The position numbers and the translations under genes were made by a program. Shown in pieces: positions 47,843 to 59,904 of a stretch of 64,000 nt of DNA (the stretch's first letter is position 1; each line of letters begins with the position of its first letter). Below the pieces are notes generated by a model. That model was not told the DNA's origin. It did not search any database and worked only from the letters and a program-made list of their open reading frames with translations. Origin of the DNA: Raillietiella orientalis (lineage: Eukaryota); assembly GCA_036172245.1 (NCBI GenBank), contig JAYWIR010000028.1, forward strand, positions 2,046,001-2,110,000, read 5' to 3'.

Positions 47843-48091
47843 TTGCGGAGGCGAAGTTCGATTGTCCAGCGAAAGAAACGCGAGCGGAGCTTCGACGACG
47901 CCATTTTCACTTGCCGTTCGCAGCTCGGCTTTCTGTTCATGACTCCCGAGTCTAGATCGTACTTAGTACCAAGCTTCCACATGTACAGGAAAGCAAATCA
48001 CTTTCTGCTGCGGGCATGGACCACCCGATTCTTCCTTAAGGGAAAGCCGATCGAACACGCCGCAGCCTGCTTCTTCAGAAGGGAGGTCTGA
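47843..48091 (+). mobile_element. ORF1-like RRM fragment
   Basis: LGFLFMTPESRSYLV..TTRFFLKGKPIE compared with TTTVFLKEIDFN in the 9.2-kb copy. Confidence 0.35.
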
Positions 48092-49657
48092 CCATCACCT
48101 TGCTGGTCACCGAAACGGCCCCAGAGCACTCTTCCGAAAGGTCGGCGGCGTTCACTCCTGGAACTGTTCCTGAAATGGATCTCGAATCGAACGATGCCAC
48201 GTGGATACTTCGCGGAATCCGTTCGAATTCGGGGATTTTCCAGGCAGGAGGCGGCAGTCTTTGGGGCAAGAGGGTCTGTTCTTGGAGAGGCCACGCTGCC
48301 CTCGGTGCTCCGCGACTGCTTGATGTAGGCTTGGGCAGAGTGCCCCAAGGGGACAGACTGGTAATGCCGCGAATTCATGAAGCTCACGCGCCTCCGACGG
48401 ACAGGGGACGGCAGTCCTTCACGTTGAGTTTCGTCTCCAATCTCTCTCTGGTTTGTCTTCCTTGTGAGACCCACTGCGCAGCGCAGGTCGGACCAATGGA
48501 CGACCTGCTGCTTTATTCGTCCAGGCACTCCTCATCCAGCCATTCCGAGGAGCTCCAAACTCCTTTTAATAATTGAGTTCCCATGGTGGAAGAGTTCGCG
48601 GCCGGATGCTGGACCTCTGCGGAGGCAAGCAGGTCTTCTTCCTCTGAGGGATGATAGGCGACAGTGCGTGCAACTTGCCCCTGCATCCTTATCTTCGAGA
48701 TCTCACAGCTGCTCTGCAGACGCGAAGGCTACCGGCTACTCCCTCGCAAGAAATGCAGAAACCGCATGCTTGTCGAGACCATACTCCGGGGTCGACACGA
48801 GGGGGAGGATTCCGCAGGGGCGACGCTCTGCCAACAGAAATAAAGTTCGCTCTTGGCAGAGGTATCTGCTTTGGTGTGTTTTTTTTTTTTTTTTTCTTCC
48901 TATCCGGAGCAGTAGCGCCGTGACGGTTGTGGTCGGATCAAGAAACTTTTGGTTTCAAAAAGGAATGCTGAGAACAAGACGTAGGAAATCCTCCAAGCCT
49001 GCGGGGAAGAGGGCGGAAGAGGTGGTCGGCCGCGGAGGCGAGAGTGCTCCTAACAAATGCTTGCGTCCAGAACCGAACGACGCCCACGGAGAGGTGAGGA
49101 GAGGTGATGGCGATCAAGAAGACCACCTCGAGGTACTGGGATTCGGTAGCTGCCAAGCAGGCCTTCCGGGCAGCAGACTCAAAGCCGGTTCTCCGGAGCG
49201 GAGGGTAGATCTGGTGCCGAAATAGGCACGACATCGGCCTTCCACCTCGCCTGGAAGGGAGGGCACAAGAGCAGCCCCGAGCCAGGAACGATCCAGGAAA
49301 CGCTGACGTGTGGAGAGAAGCGAAAATTTCCGAGAAGCAGGTGGAGCGCACAACGGGACGAAATGGGTGCGCTCCAGCACGCAGACGCGACGCGCGCACA
49401 CGTCGGGAGCGAATCGGATGGGTTGACCCAGACAGCGATGGGTGAACCTCCGGAACCGCAGGTGAACCGAGGGGGAGAGAGTGGGAAGGAACTCCCCTCC
49501 TCTTCCCGTTCCCGTCTTCCTTTTGCGCCGATGCGCGCGCGCGCAAAGTGACCAATGACACAACGACGCGAAATCCAAGCTGGGAAGCTCCTACTAAGAG
49601 GTCCCTGGTCGAGTCTCCCCCTGGACAACGGAGCTCGAGCTTCTTATCTGCGGGAAG

Positions 49658-49676
49658 TATATATATATATACTATA

Positions 49677-49707
<31 letters not shown>
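49658..49707. repeat. (TA)n microsatellite, interrupted
   Basis: Directly visible. Confidence 0.95.
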
Positions 49708-49712
<5 letters not shown>

Positions 49713-50505
49713 ATCCGGCAGGATGGTTTTGAAGATGTTTACGAGTCTTTAACGAGTTTGCAGTGCCTCCTGGTCATGGTCTCTGCAGCATTCGTAGACG
49801 TGAACCCGAGATAAACAACGAGGTGCATACAGATGGGCGCATAAACGACCCTGCTGGAGGAACAGATGCTGGCAAGAAGAGGAAATAAAGAATGAAAGAT
49901 TTCAGTAGAGTTTCAAAAAAAAATAAAATAAAAAGAGTCACGAGATTGAAATAACGTGTTTTAATTATTCCCGAGTCTGCCGAGACAGGAATGCCAGGGG
50001 AGCTGCCCATAAAAAAAAAAAAGATCGGGAAGGCTGTCTGATAAGAGTGGAGAAGGATAAATCGTCGTTTTGAGCTACCGGTTTGCGAGAGTGTAAACAC
50101 CAGCATCCCAAAGCCAGTTGTGGCTGCAGAATTATCAGCCATCATTGGAACGAGATGTGCGCAGCAATCAAGATAATTGCCGACCAGGCCGCGTTGAATG
50201 GGCCCATAAACGCGGTAATGGAAAGAGATGATCATGATTCCTCGATGCTGCGGAGCGACCTGGGTGATTCTGGTGACTGATTCTCGCTCCGCCGGATACC
50301 GCTGCGGCCGATGGTCCTGAAGAGGTAGCTGAACGAAAGGTGGGGAACAGCATACGCAGTTGACGCGGACCGGCGCCTGCCTTTTGCCCCAAAGAGCTCT
50401 TTCCCCGCGGCCGGAACCGTTTCCTCGTTTCCATGGCGCCCCGGAATGGACCGGGACTACCACACGTCCGATTCCCACCCATGCGTGTTTTGTGTTTTAG
50501 CCGGG

Positions 50506-50630
50506 ATATTACCTGGTTGTCAGATGGGGATCAGGAACAGTTGTTAGGGCGTTCGGACCAATTTTATCGTTGTCATCGGTACGCGAGGTTATTTACAATG
50601 TGATGCCGGCCGCGTTCGCGCGCTGTGCAA
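50506..50630 (+). ncRNA. Degenerate U1-like snRNA relic
   Basis: In U1 order: ATATTACCTGG (50506-50516), GATCAGGAA (50529-50537), AGGGCG, AATGTG, GCGTTCGCGC (50612-50621). It lacks a clear Sm site and the AUUGCAC loop. Confidence 0.33.
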
Positions 50631-51229
50631 TCCCCGCGCATGCGCCGTTCTGACTTTCGGAACCATCAATCTTCATAAAAAAAAAAAAGGAACGCCGCGG
50701 TGGTGGATCCCTTCAACAATGGGAAACGACCCCTGAATTTCCCCCCTAGCCTTCGGTGTCGGGAATGCGAGCAGATCATTCATCGGGAGTCCCTCTTTTC
50801 TGGGAATCCTAGGGAAAACCCGTGAATGAATTGCCTTCACAAAGGTCGCTCTCGAAGTTCGCTCTCTCTGCGTGTTGAGCCGCGACACCTCGGAGACACT
50901 GATCCTCGAACTATGAGCCCCATAACGAGATGATTCTATCAGAGACAATGGGCCCAGTCACTTAATGGGCGTCGCTCGCATGTGCTCTGGTCCCGGGTAG
51001 AAGAGGCGCCTAATTCCTGGCAAGTAGGGGAATTCCCATGGCCACCCTTCGGAGGGCGAAGGGGCACCGGTTCGGCAGGAAAAGGAGGGAGGGGGAGGGG
51101 AGGAGAGACGCCTTCTCGCGGAAGGAAGGGTGGAGGGTGGGTGGGGAAAGATGATCTCACCTCTCTGCTCTTCCCCGAGCGAGTCGTTCGGATGAAACCC
51201 ACTGATCCGAACGCGCGCAAAGAGGATCC

Positions 51230-51420
51230 CGGAAAGCAGCGAGCGGCGTCCCTCCGCAGCCGAGCATGGCCGACGCTGGCTGGTCGGCGGTGCTGGAAAA
51301 ATTTCGAAGCCTCGGAAAGGAAAGTGGGATACGAGAGGTGAGACGGATCGAATTGCGGAAGACGTTTTCCACAGCAACCTACGAGGGCGCGCGGTAGGCG
51401 GAGGACGAGGTGCGAGTTCT
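51230..51420 (+). mobile_element. Retrotransposon Gag-like N-terminal fragment
   Basis: WKNFEASERKVGYE, frameshift, RIAEDVFHSNLRGRAV fits the F(E)...G(W/Y)...L.G.A..W capsid-like pattern. Confidence 0.4.
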
Positions 51421-52204
51421 GCTACGTCAGCAGCAGGAGGACTTCCGTTCTTCCTCCTCGCTTCTCCCTCTCCCCTCTCCGCGAAATAGAGGTAAAGAGA
51501 GAGAACGAGATAAAAAAATAGAAAAGGAAAACGGTCCTAAGCGGGTTTCGTTGATTAGAACCTTTCGAGCGGCTTTCCTGATACGATGGCGAGGAGTTCC
51601 CGATGCTGTTTGCTCTTGCGAGGGATTCTGGTTTGTCTGCAGGGGACTCAAGACGTCCAGGAATCCAAAGTCTTCCAAAGGGACCTTGGAACATCCTCTG
51701 AAAGATTTAAGCATTCCTTCTTTCTATCTCCGCGGCGCTTTCTCCGCAACGAGACGATGATGATCACGAACCTTCGAGGTGCTCCTCAGCTTTCTTCTCA
51801 GGGCGTAGATAAACAATCTTATTTATTTATTTATTTATTCATATCTGCGCGCGAGCATATCGAAATGGTGAAGAGGTTTCTCTTTGGCGCCCGCCGCTAA
51901 TGCCTGTTGGCTGCCGAGACTTTCGGATGGGTGATGCGAAGAATCCAAGTGGTCCAATAGCGGAACGCTCACTGAAGGGGATTTCGCCTCCAGTTTCATG
52001 GAAACCAGGATCGGGCGCGCGTATCGATCAGGGCGGTCCAGGAAGCTGGATTCTTTCGGAAACTTTCCAGTTTTTGCGCGGTTCTCCAGAGCACGGTTTT
52101 TTGCCAGTCTCCGTAGAGGCATCCGGCTCCTTCAAAGTCTCAAATCGTCCCTTCAGACGGCTTCCTATGCTGCGAGGGAAGCAGGGGAGAAAGGGATCTC
52201 CACG

Positions 52205-53700
52205 ACGCTCTGGGTTCGAACCCGGTTACTCCGGCGCGTTTGTTTTGAAAAAACAAACAAGCAAACAAAATACACTACAAAGAGGAGGGGAAGAAGGGTA
52301 TCCCCTCAAAAAAAAAGAAATGCTAAAAAAAAAAAAAAAAAAAAAAAAAGAGTTTTTCCGGGATAACCACCGGCACGCAGGCAGGCTTCTGAAAAGTAGA
52401 GAACGAAGGAAAGGTACAGTGAATAAATAAAAACAGACGAAAAGGTGGTGACAGGGGTCTTTGATATAAGACATTCCTTCCTCTTTATAAGCATCTGTGG
52501 ATGCTCACGATTTCCCTGGCGACTTCTTATGGATGATGAGGCCACCTTGCTGCATTCCTCATGGGGACTGCTGCTGTACTGGTGGTCTCTCTTCGCCGCG
52601 AAAACTTGATTCCAACACATGGCGGACTGTCACTATGGAGCGGATGCAACAGAGTGTTGCGATCACAGTGCCCTTCTTCTTCTGTGAAGGATCGTCGCAG
52701 TAAGTCCATTGCAATGTCCTGCGGTCGACGGAGCGCCGAAGAGAGTCTCCGCCACAAGTCCTCGAGGGCACTGCAGTTCAACGAAAGGTGCGGGATCGAT
52801 TCCATCTTTCCGCACCTTGAACAGTTCGGGGAGGTGACTCCCCGGAAAGAGGGTGTTCCTGCTGATTGCACTGGAGTCCCGAGCGCAGAAGCAGCAGAAC
52901 GTCCCGTTCCCATCGGAGCGGGAACACTGAGGCGTCCATGCACAGGGGAGGAACCACGAGTTCTGTGGGGGGCACGCCAAGCAGGTCACTCCGTCGGAGG
53001 AGTCCCTTCTCCCGGAAACGAGGAGTGGCGGCGTCCACCGACGACGCTCTGGGTGGGGGGAGGTGGGAGCGCGACGCTTTCCTGAAAGAGGTTCCGGGAA
53101 GCTCGTCCGAGACGAACTTTCCCAGAGAAAAGCGGATCTTCTCCGTTTTCTTCCCCGAACGGGTTGCATCGTTGCTCAAATGGCGAGTGGTTCCGAGACC
53201 CGGTGCCATCAACCTGGATGCGCATCCGAGGGAGTTTGGAGGACTTTCGCGAGATTATTCGGAGATCAGCGCCATCGCCGGGGTCCGTCTTCATCGAAAA
53301 TATCGCTACCGATGTTCGCGTCTTCGTCTTTGGGTCCCCAAAATTACATCGTGGTAGTAAATTTGTAGCTTTATTACGGGAGATTAGCATAAAGCAATTT
53401 TCTGGGCTCGTTTTAATTAGGGAAGGAACCGTCAGGAAAGAGGCTGCTTTGGAGCGTACGAGCGCTGAAAGCCAAATGAAGCGGTCAAGAGCCGAAAAGA
53501 ACGCAGCAGCAGCAGCAGCGCACGCTGAGGAGTGCAAGATTGCGCTGCTGGGCAGAGGGGATGTTTCAGAGCTGCCCTCTGCGCCCAGCGCCCCTCTAGA
53601 AGACCCAGAGGTGCGGACCAGGCCCGTTCGCGGCGGAACGCAACGCAGGCGAAACGGGAGATCGACTGGGGAGAGGGAAGGAGGAGGAGGGTGGATATTC
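52205..53700 (-). mobile_element. ORF1 (RRM/knuckle relic) + zinc-finger module + spacer, no RT
   Basis: KLPRMRIQVDG..QRCNPFG, then VDAAT..KGLLRRSDLLGV..FPLRWERDVLLLLRSGLQCN..SPNCSRCGKMESIPHLSLNCSALEDLWRR..IATLCCIRSIVT, then a spacer with the GTTTGTTTT/AAAACAAAC hairpin (52238-52258). Confidence 0.75.
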
Positions 53701-56700
53701 AAGAAAGCGAGAAGCCCTCAAAAGTTCTCATCAACCTGAAGTGGTCAATAAATCATGCGCTTTCATGCAACGAGGCGTCGCGAGATGCGCTCGCCTTCCA
53801 TCTCCCGATCGTAAATTTCTTTCCGTGGAATGAGAGGTTCCACAGCTCCCATAATTCCGAACAAACAAAAACCGCGGTGGAAGTGGGATGCGAGCGGGCA
53901 AAACAAGGCAGGTGCAGACGCACGCACGCACGCACGCACGCACCCACTCGGGGAGGAAGACCTCTCACCAGCTGGAAAGGGTCCAATCTTGGCGTCTCGG
54001 GGGATCCTTACGCCATCAACCAACCAAGGCACCCGACTCGGCTGGAGCTTCCAGGAGCCGCTTGTTGTGAAATCGCTCTGGAGACAGGGACGTCAGCTCC
54101 GCGAAAGGGAACTGGTTCTTTTACGTCGAACGGCCCTCCACCGGTTCGGAATGATGAATGATTCGTCAGCGAGAGCCACGCTATCTGCTGCGCTGCCGCT
54201 CGCTAAGGATAGCAGCGCGCGCTCGTGTAAAACGGGAGGGTGGACGTCGGATGTTATCGGGCCGCCATCGTACGAAACGCCGTGTTCCTCCGAAAGGGCT
54301 GAGCAACCGGTCAATTAGGGTGCGCCGCTTCCACTCGGCTCGGAGAACAATTACCGCGGGTTCCCGCTACCAAAATCGCCATCCTTAAACAAAGCGGAAA
54401 ACTCGAGCCACAGGGAGGAGAGGGAAACCTTCCGCCGTGTGGGACGAAACTCGAGTTTGTGTCAGTGGCGGTGGCGGCGGCCCGTCTGGCCTGATTGCGC
54501 AGGGCCGCTCGGGCGACCAGACCGGGAAGGCGGCAAGACCCGCCCGCGGAACAGCTGCTCCTTGGTCTGCTGAAGGCGGCACACGAATCGGATGGACGTC
54601 GGCTCGTCCACGCCTCCCTCAACTGCGAGTGGAGAGAAGGGACCGTGGAGAGAAGACGAGTCGGCGGGCTCCTTCGAAGATCGTCTGCGGGCGGCGGCGT
54701 GCCTCTTTCCCAAAGAGCGGCGGAGTGAATAGAAGATGGGAAGCGGAGGACCTGCCCCGCTCGTAGGTAGGAGATCCGGTTCAGACGCTCCAGACGCATG
54801 GGCACGCGGCCTGAGTGAATCCGAAAGCCGTGCGGACGGAAGGTGGAAGATTCCCTCTCGCGAGAAGATTCTTTTCCTTCCCTTCCATGCCTGCATCCGG
54901 CAGAGAAACCCTCCCTTCCCGAAAGGAGGAAGGGTGCGGCAGCGAGCAGGACCGAATCACGAACGAAAATCTGACGTCTGCGTCTCGTTTGATTCGGATC
55001 AGAACTGGCGAGCGTTTCCACGGTGGACGAGAGCTCCTTTCCGAGTGACGGGAGCCATTCTGGGAATGGCTACCGGGAAAGCGGCAGGCAGGGACGCGGA
55101 AAAAATGCGACGGGGGCGATGCAAAACTCACACCGAACGGAGAGGGGGCGACAGGTGACGTTGAGTAATCGCTGATGAGGTTCAGGGGACAGGTCGGAGA
55201 TTGCGCTCCGAGCTGCCAGTGTGCTTCGAATTAGCGTTTTCGATCCAATAAGGACAATAAGCTCGAGACGACCTTGACTTTCTTCGGGGTCACCACTACC
55301 GCGAAATCAATGAGCCCTAAATTTCTCTCCCGCCAATTCCCCGCCTGCCTCTAACGATGCGCCCAGAGATTCGCACAAAAACCGCTTCCATTTATTATTA
55401 ATAGTGGAGCGCAGCTCCGTCCGAAGTCCGAGAACATCGCTACCAGCGATGCCAACTTTCCCTTTCTCGGAGACCACGCTGCGATCCCGTATCATCATTT
55501 CGACGGTGTTCAAGGCAACGGATACCATGTGCGAGACGACAGAGTGTCAGCGAACGACGCGAAGGGAGCACAGCTCGCGGCATCCTCCCTCTGAGAATTT
55601 CTTATCGAGGACGCACTCACTGACTTTTGCGCGGACCTGACGATCGACCTTTCCAGATGGTCATTCATTTTCCCTTTATCGGAAATCTCCATCTCCGCGT
55701 CGGCCGACCGAGAGTTCCAGTCTCCGGCTCCGTTCTTCATTTGTCGCTGCTTCGCCCGTCTCTGGCTGGGTCCCCCCCCACCACCACCGTTTCATCCCTC
55801 ATCCCGGCTGGATGAGGTTCGGGATGATCGCCCCCGACACTGCGGTTTCGCGCTCGCCGTCGGCTCGCGTTTTTCCGTTTGATGCCCAGCAGCTCTTCCT
55901 CTTCCGTGCACGGATCGAGTGGACCCATCAGAAGGTGCTTGCGATTCGCCCCGTTCTCCCGCTATCGATAAGGCGAAATTCGCTGCTTTCTGCGCAGATG
56001 CTCATGCCGGCAACAGGAACGACGGAATTTCTTTCCTCCCTTTTTTTTTTTTGTCGGTCGTCAGGGAAACCAAAGGTGAAAGAGGCAAAAAAACGGCAGT
56101 AGAAGCAGAATGCTCACAGAGATCCTGTTCGTGCGTTTGTGACCGTTACGAACAACAGGACAGGCGCAAGGATCCGGGTGCACCTCTGCATCGGTTTTTC
56201 GCTGCAAACAAAGTGCTGTTTCAAAACAGGAAGCGACGAAGACGGATGATTCCTACTGTTACGGAGGCCGACGGTCCGCGTCTGGGAGTTCGAGATACCT
56301 GCGGGGCAGGAACCTTGGCGCGATCCCGGCTTCAGCGTCCATGCGCGCGGAGCAGCCCGAGCGATCAGAGACTTTGGGTATCCGGGCATCGTGCTGGACC
56401 GAGGACGCGCCTGGGCGCTAGGCAGCGGGATCCCGAGGGAGACGCGCTCCCGAAGAACGAAAGGCACGCGCGTCCGACGGCAGAGCGAATTCTGGAGATG
56501 CTGGCCTTTTGCGGAGAACCACAACGGAGTGAAGAGAATCCGTATTTCCCCTCCCCCTCCCGGCTTCGCGAGCGGCGTCATGGAAAGCTACGCGGTTGCC
56601 TGGCGCGACGCACATTTCCCCATTGAACTCAAGTAGTCACTGACGACTCGGAGATAATATTCCTGGAACCAATAAATTCCTCTTAATATATACGGTGGTA

Positions 56701-57649
56701 GGGGACACTTTATGCCCGCAGGCTCCTTGTCTTTCTTATGGAGATGAACGTCGCTGGCAGATTTCCTTGGTGATAAGAACCATTGTCCTCTCTTAGGTTT
56801 TGCTTATTCTAGGAGGTTGGTTAAGTATCTTGTTAACTAGCCTTGTTTAGCCCGGAGCAGCCATTCCCGTGACATCTCGCTTTCATTTGACTAATTTATT
56901 CCCTGCATACCTTTTCATTTCGGTTCTTTTTGGTCCAAAACATTATAAAAGCTGTGAAGTGAGCCTTGAATTGTTAATGGACTTCCTGAGAGGGAAGAAA
57001 AGTCCAAAAATGCAGCATGGGAAAGAATGATTTAAGATTTATTGGCGTTTAGTTGCCGTTTACACAAGAATGGACGCGCTCCATTCATGCGCGTCATATT
57101 CGGAGATGGGAGAAAGTCCTCAGCATAAAAAGATCACGCGGGAAGATTAATGGAGCAGCTTTCCGAGCAAGCGCTCCGTGCACGCAACTTCAGAAAGGAC
57201 GTGGAACCTGGAAACACGGTTCCGATGTCAGGGATGAATGATTCCCCGATCCGCCGGGATCGTTCCGCAGGGCTCGGGCGGCGGTGTTCCGGGGCGATGG
57301 ATGCCAGCAGCCAGCCAGCCGCCCTTTCAGTGGGCTCCGCCGGCGCCCAGGACGCGCGCATCCCTTCCGGAGAGGGCCGGAGGGTAAAGACACACGAGTC
57401 GAACACGGGGAGCGCTCGGGCGACCCGCGTGAACCGGTGATTGGACAGAGAGGAACGCGCCTTTTCTGGTATGAGGAAGCACACAGAACGATCCCATTTG
57501 CAAGAGGGCCGCAACACGAGCGCGGCCCACTCCCGCTCGCGTTGCGCCCGAAGCTCTTCTTGTAGGGACAACGCACGCATTCCAAGGGAAGCGCTCGCCT
57601 GAGCTCCTCTTCCAAGAAGACTCGCCTTGAGGAGGAGCAATCGACGTAA

Positions 57650-57752
57650 ACGTATGTGTACGTATGTACATACATACATGTATATCCATCACATGTGCAT
57701 ATAATTGCATACATCCATCATGTGTATACATATATATATATATATTTATACA
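57650..57752. repeat. TA/TACA low-complexity microsatellite
   Basis: Directly visible. Confidence 0.85.
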
Positions 57753-58249
57753 ACTCGATATCCATCATGCGTCATGATGATTCCTTTGAGTGCTAACGGA
57801 AGTCGATGCTTTCCTTTCTTGCACGTTTTTTTCTTCATTTCTTTCTTTCTTTCTTTCTTTCTTTTTTTTTTTTTTTTTTTACAACTTTCATAACCATTTG
57901 ATTTCTCGGAACAGCCTTATCTCCAGATCTAGTCTTCTCAATTAACCAGCATAGATGCCCATCTAAGGGTCAACGGTGTCCCCTCCTGAAATACGCAAAA
58001 AAAAAAATTAACAAAAAAAAAGGGGGAAAAAAAAAGGGATGCTAATGATCTTCTGTTTTCGAAGAGAAGATGCGCTGCACCGAAGCGCACAAGGGCATCT
58101 TCGCGTTTGGGAAGTTCAACCGCATTAGTCGCAAGCAGTTGAGGGCTCTGGGAAGAAAGAGCATCTGATCCTACTGCGGATAGCCGCCGGAACAGTTCCT
58201 CTCCGCTCCTGCACTGCGCAACCGGTGCTGGAGAGCGAGGGCAGCGGGC

Positions 58250-59830
58250 AGGGGCAACCCGACGAGTGAGCCAGAGCCTCTGCGGTGTGGCCATCTCTGC
58301 TTTTCGGCTGGGATCGAAGAGGACCCTAGAGGAGCCCCTCAGCCAATCTGGCGGAGTGTCTGGTGATCCCGCCGCGTGCGTCGACATGGGCGAAATCCTC
58401 CCGCTAGGGATGCCGGCATCCTGACACTGAAGAGAATCGGGCTGCGAGTGCTCAGCTCCGAATGGACGGGCACTTTGTGCCAAGCTGTGGACTTACCCGT
58501 TGTGTGCGCCTGCACGCATCATCCTGCGGAGATGCGCCGGCAGAGGAGGATTGCTCCCGCTAATGCCGAGCGCCCGTTGCAGGATGTGGAGATTTGGTTC
58601 CCCCCTGAGGCAACTTGCCTCGCTAGTTGAAGCCCAACCGCGAATTCCCTGTCGCCCAACGAACTACAATGCTTGGGTGGCAGGAGACTGCTGAGTCCTG
58701 GGTTGCATTCCACGAAATGCGCCCTCAAGTTCTTTACCCTCTGCGGCATCTGCTGCCACGATCTTTGGAAGTGGTGATGCAGGACGTGGAGAAGGGTCGA
58801 TGCTAACCGCCACACTTCTTGCAGCAGCCCTCTCTCCCCTCGGGGCAAGAGAAGACAGGGAGATGGGAGGTTTTTCTTCACCACCGCGGGAAGGACAAAA
58901 CTCCTTGCTGGTTGGAAAACGTGCAAGCTGGTGGATGCTGCCACTCTGCCGTGCTTTGGTGACGGAACTCCTTCGGTGGAGCAAACTTTTGAGTGTTGCA
59001 CCCGAAAAACTTTGGTCCCTCCACATTGTTTGGACGCTTCCCTGTTCCCACACTCCTGGAAACAGGCCGTGCTGCTCTTCCACCACTGGGAATTCCAGTG
59101 CAACGAGCGGAGGCACCGCTTTCCGCAGGGGCTGCATCCCCGAACTGCGCCAAGTGCGGGTTGGCGGAGTCGATGCCATCGAACCTGCTTTTGGATTGCG
59201 GTGTCCTCCAGGAACTGTGGCGGAGACTGGCAGCAGTACTCCTGCATCAAGAGGACACCGTCCGAGATGTGTTGCGACGGTTCTTTGCGCCGGGTGCACT
59301 CTCGATGATTTCAGCTATCGGTTGCGTCCGTGCCATCGTCACCGCCCTCCATGTGCTCGGGATCACCAAGCAGAAAAGGGAGGTCACCAGGATGGCAGCC
59401 GCGTACATCAGAACGGCTTACAGGTGGTCTCACCTGGAACAAGTGGTAAAGGAGAAGATCGACAGCATCCAGCGTCGGTTGGTGAATAGTTAAGAACGGC
59501 GGACACCTGTGATCCTTGTCCCTTGCCTCCCTTGTTTTTTTTTTCTCATTCTTCATCTCCGTTGGCTCCGTGATTTCCTCGGCGGTTTTTATTTTGATCC
59601 CGGTGCGCTAGGAGCGAATCCAAAGATTCCTGACCCATCCTACCCAATTTATTTTATTTTATTTTTCATTGTCCCCTTATTTTTCCCCCGTTCCGGATTT
59701 TCCATTATCCCGGACTGCGTGTTGGTGGACTCTTCTCTTGAACTTTTGTTGTCTCGGCTGGGAACTGGTTTATTCTTTCTTGTAAAATGAACGTTTCGGT
59801 GTGATCGGGTGACAAAAATCCTCCCAGGAC
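58250..59830 (+). mobile_element. ORF1 relic + zinc-finger module + duplicated spacer start, no RT
   Basis: TLEEPLSQSGGV..DMGEILPLG, then KLVDAA..ELLRWSKLLSV..AVLLFHHWEFQCNERR..SPNCAKCGLAESMPSNLLLDCGVLQELWRR..AIGCVRAIVT..RWSHLEQ*, then spacer motifs at 59511, 59624, 59711 and 59768-59810. Confidence 0.78.
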
Positions 59831-59904
59831 CTTTTCCGTCCCGAAAGAAGCGTTCCTTTGAGCGGGCAATTGACGGGAAAAAACACTCCCGTTCTCCGTT
59901 ATTG

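Noticed and set aside
53300..53365. Third Sm-site/U1-like head on the minus strand (TAATTTTGGGG)
   Set aside because: No SL4 hairpin, and it lies inside an ORF1-like coding relic.
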